A stretch of 64,000 bases of DNA from a virus. The stretch lies in IMG/VR virus record IMGVR_UViG_3300006149_000007; one strand, given 5' to 3'. Below the pieces are notes generated by a model. That model saw only the letters and a list, made by a program, of their open reading frames with translations. It had not been told where the DNA came from and made no database searches. A program made the translations under genes and the position numbers. Of the stretch, positions 63,576-64,000 are shown piece by piece (the stretch's first letter is position 1; every line of letters starts with the position of its first letter).

Positions 63576-63899
63576 TTAATCACGATTATGTTTAATCAAA
63601 TTTGGTAAAATCTTATAATTATTCTTTCCGTCAGTCAACACAAAATCTGACATCACTCTGTCCAAAGTTTTCTTGTCTAGTTCTTCTTGCAATCCCAAAA
63701 CATCAATCAAGGATATATCATGCGCTTCACAGATTTTTTCAGCGATTTCAAATGTGATATGAGACTTTCTACTCAATATATTATTTACTGTCCTCGCTGA
63801 TACTCCTGCTTCATCAGCAAACCTTGTAATTGTATAGTGCCCTTTCTCAATTTTTTCTAAGACTAGTTCTGATAAGTTTTTCAAATACTCTTTTTTCAT
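63576..63899 (-). CDS. XRE/CI-like repressor
   Basis: YTITRFADEAGVSARTVNNILSRKSHITFEIAEKICEAHDISLIDVLG. Oriented divergently from the rest of the genome. Confidence 0.65.
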   Translation of the reverse strand: MKKEYLKNLSELVLEKIEKGHYTITRFADEAGVSARTVNNILSRKSHITFEIAEKICEAHDISLIDVLGLQEELDKKTLDRVMSDFVLTDGKNNYKILPNLIKHNRD

Positions 63900-63912
63900 A
63901 TGCGTTTTAACG

Positions 63913-63954
63913 AATAGATTTTACAAAATATGGATATAACAACGCAAATCTATT
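63913..63954. promoter_or_regulatory. operator-like inverted repeat in the divergent control region
   Basis: AATAGATTT (63913-21) and AAATCTATT (63946-54), upstream of the repressor gene. Confidence 0.4.
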
Positions 63955-64000
63955 TTTCAATACCTCCTTTAATTATAGTATATTTTATACATGGGGGGGG

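Noticed and set aside
63991-64000. Run of eight G (63993-64000) at the very end of the window.
   Set aside because: It is isolated at the sequence edge with no partner structure. It is most likely an assembly, trimming or windowing artefact, so I did not interpret it.
1-64000. Possibility of stop-codon reassignment (alternative genetic code), as seen in some gut phages.
   Set aside because: Long ORFs with recognisable domains terminate at TAA, TAG and TGA alike. No conserved gene is fragmented by a single recurrent stop codon. The one split gene (TMP) is better explained by an intron.

Overview
The whole 64-kb window is phage DNA: a temperate, siphovirus-like phage of a low-GC Firmicute (Clostridia-like RBS and AT-richness). 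No bacterial housekeeping genes are visible. Gene order is as follows. (1) Replication module at 107-3337: replisome organizer with internal iterons, helicase-loader-like protein, RNase HI. (2) Xis and tyrosine integrase at 3600-5016, followed by what looks like an intact attP at 5019-5281. (3) A 12-kb cargo region at 5443-17221: low-complexity and Cys-rich proteins, a toxin/antitoxin-like pair, an opposite-strand nucleotidyltransferase islet, a very acidic small protein, and three HNH/AP2-like paralogs. (4) A dispersed packaging region at 17230-25550: repeat-rich leader, TerS-like gene, a ~600-nt ORF-free structured region, RNA ligase, tRNA-Cys, a second rep/ori module, HNH, HAD phosphatase, TerL. 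(5) Late regulators, portal, scaffold, capsid and connectors at 25566-35078. (6) A tail module at 35226-61778 that is heavily invaded. A Rha cassette sits before the tape-measure gene. The tape-measure gene is split by a ~263-nt group I-like intron. A 14.3-kb accessory island lies between the tape measure and the distal tail protein. (7) GH25 endolysin and a divergent CI-like repressor at the right edge. This layout suggests the window is a circular permutation rather than an integrated prophage with flanks. The candidates I consider most novel are: the AT-rich array of self-promoted genes (TM protein, TM2 protein, DUF4041-T5orf172 protein, lipoprotein) at 47.5-52.2 kb; the RNA module (large structured non-coding region, RNA ligase, tRNA-Cys); the NTase-Rx4H islet; and the six antirepressor-family genes embedded in the tail operon. 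All functional calls come from reading motifs by eye; no database search was run.
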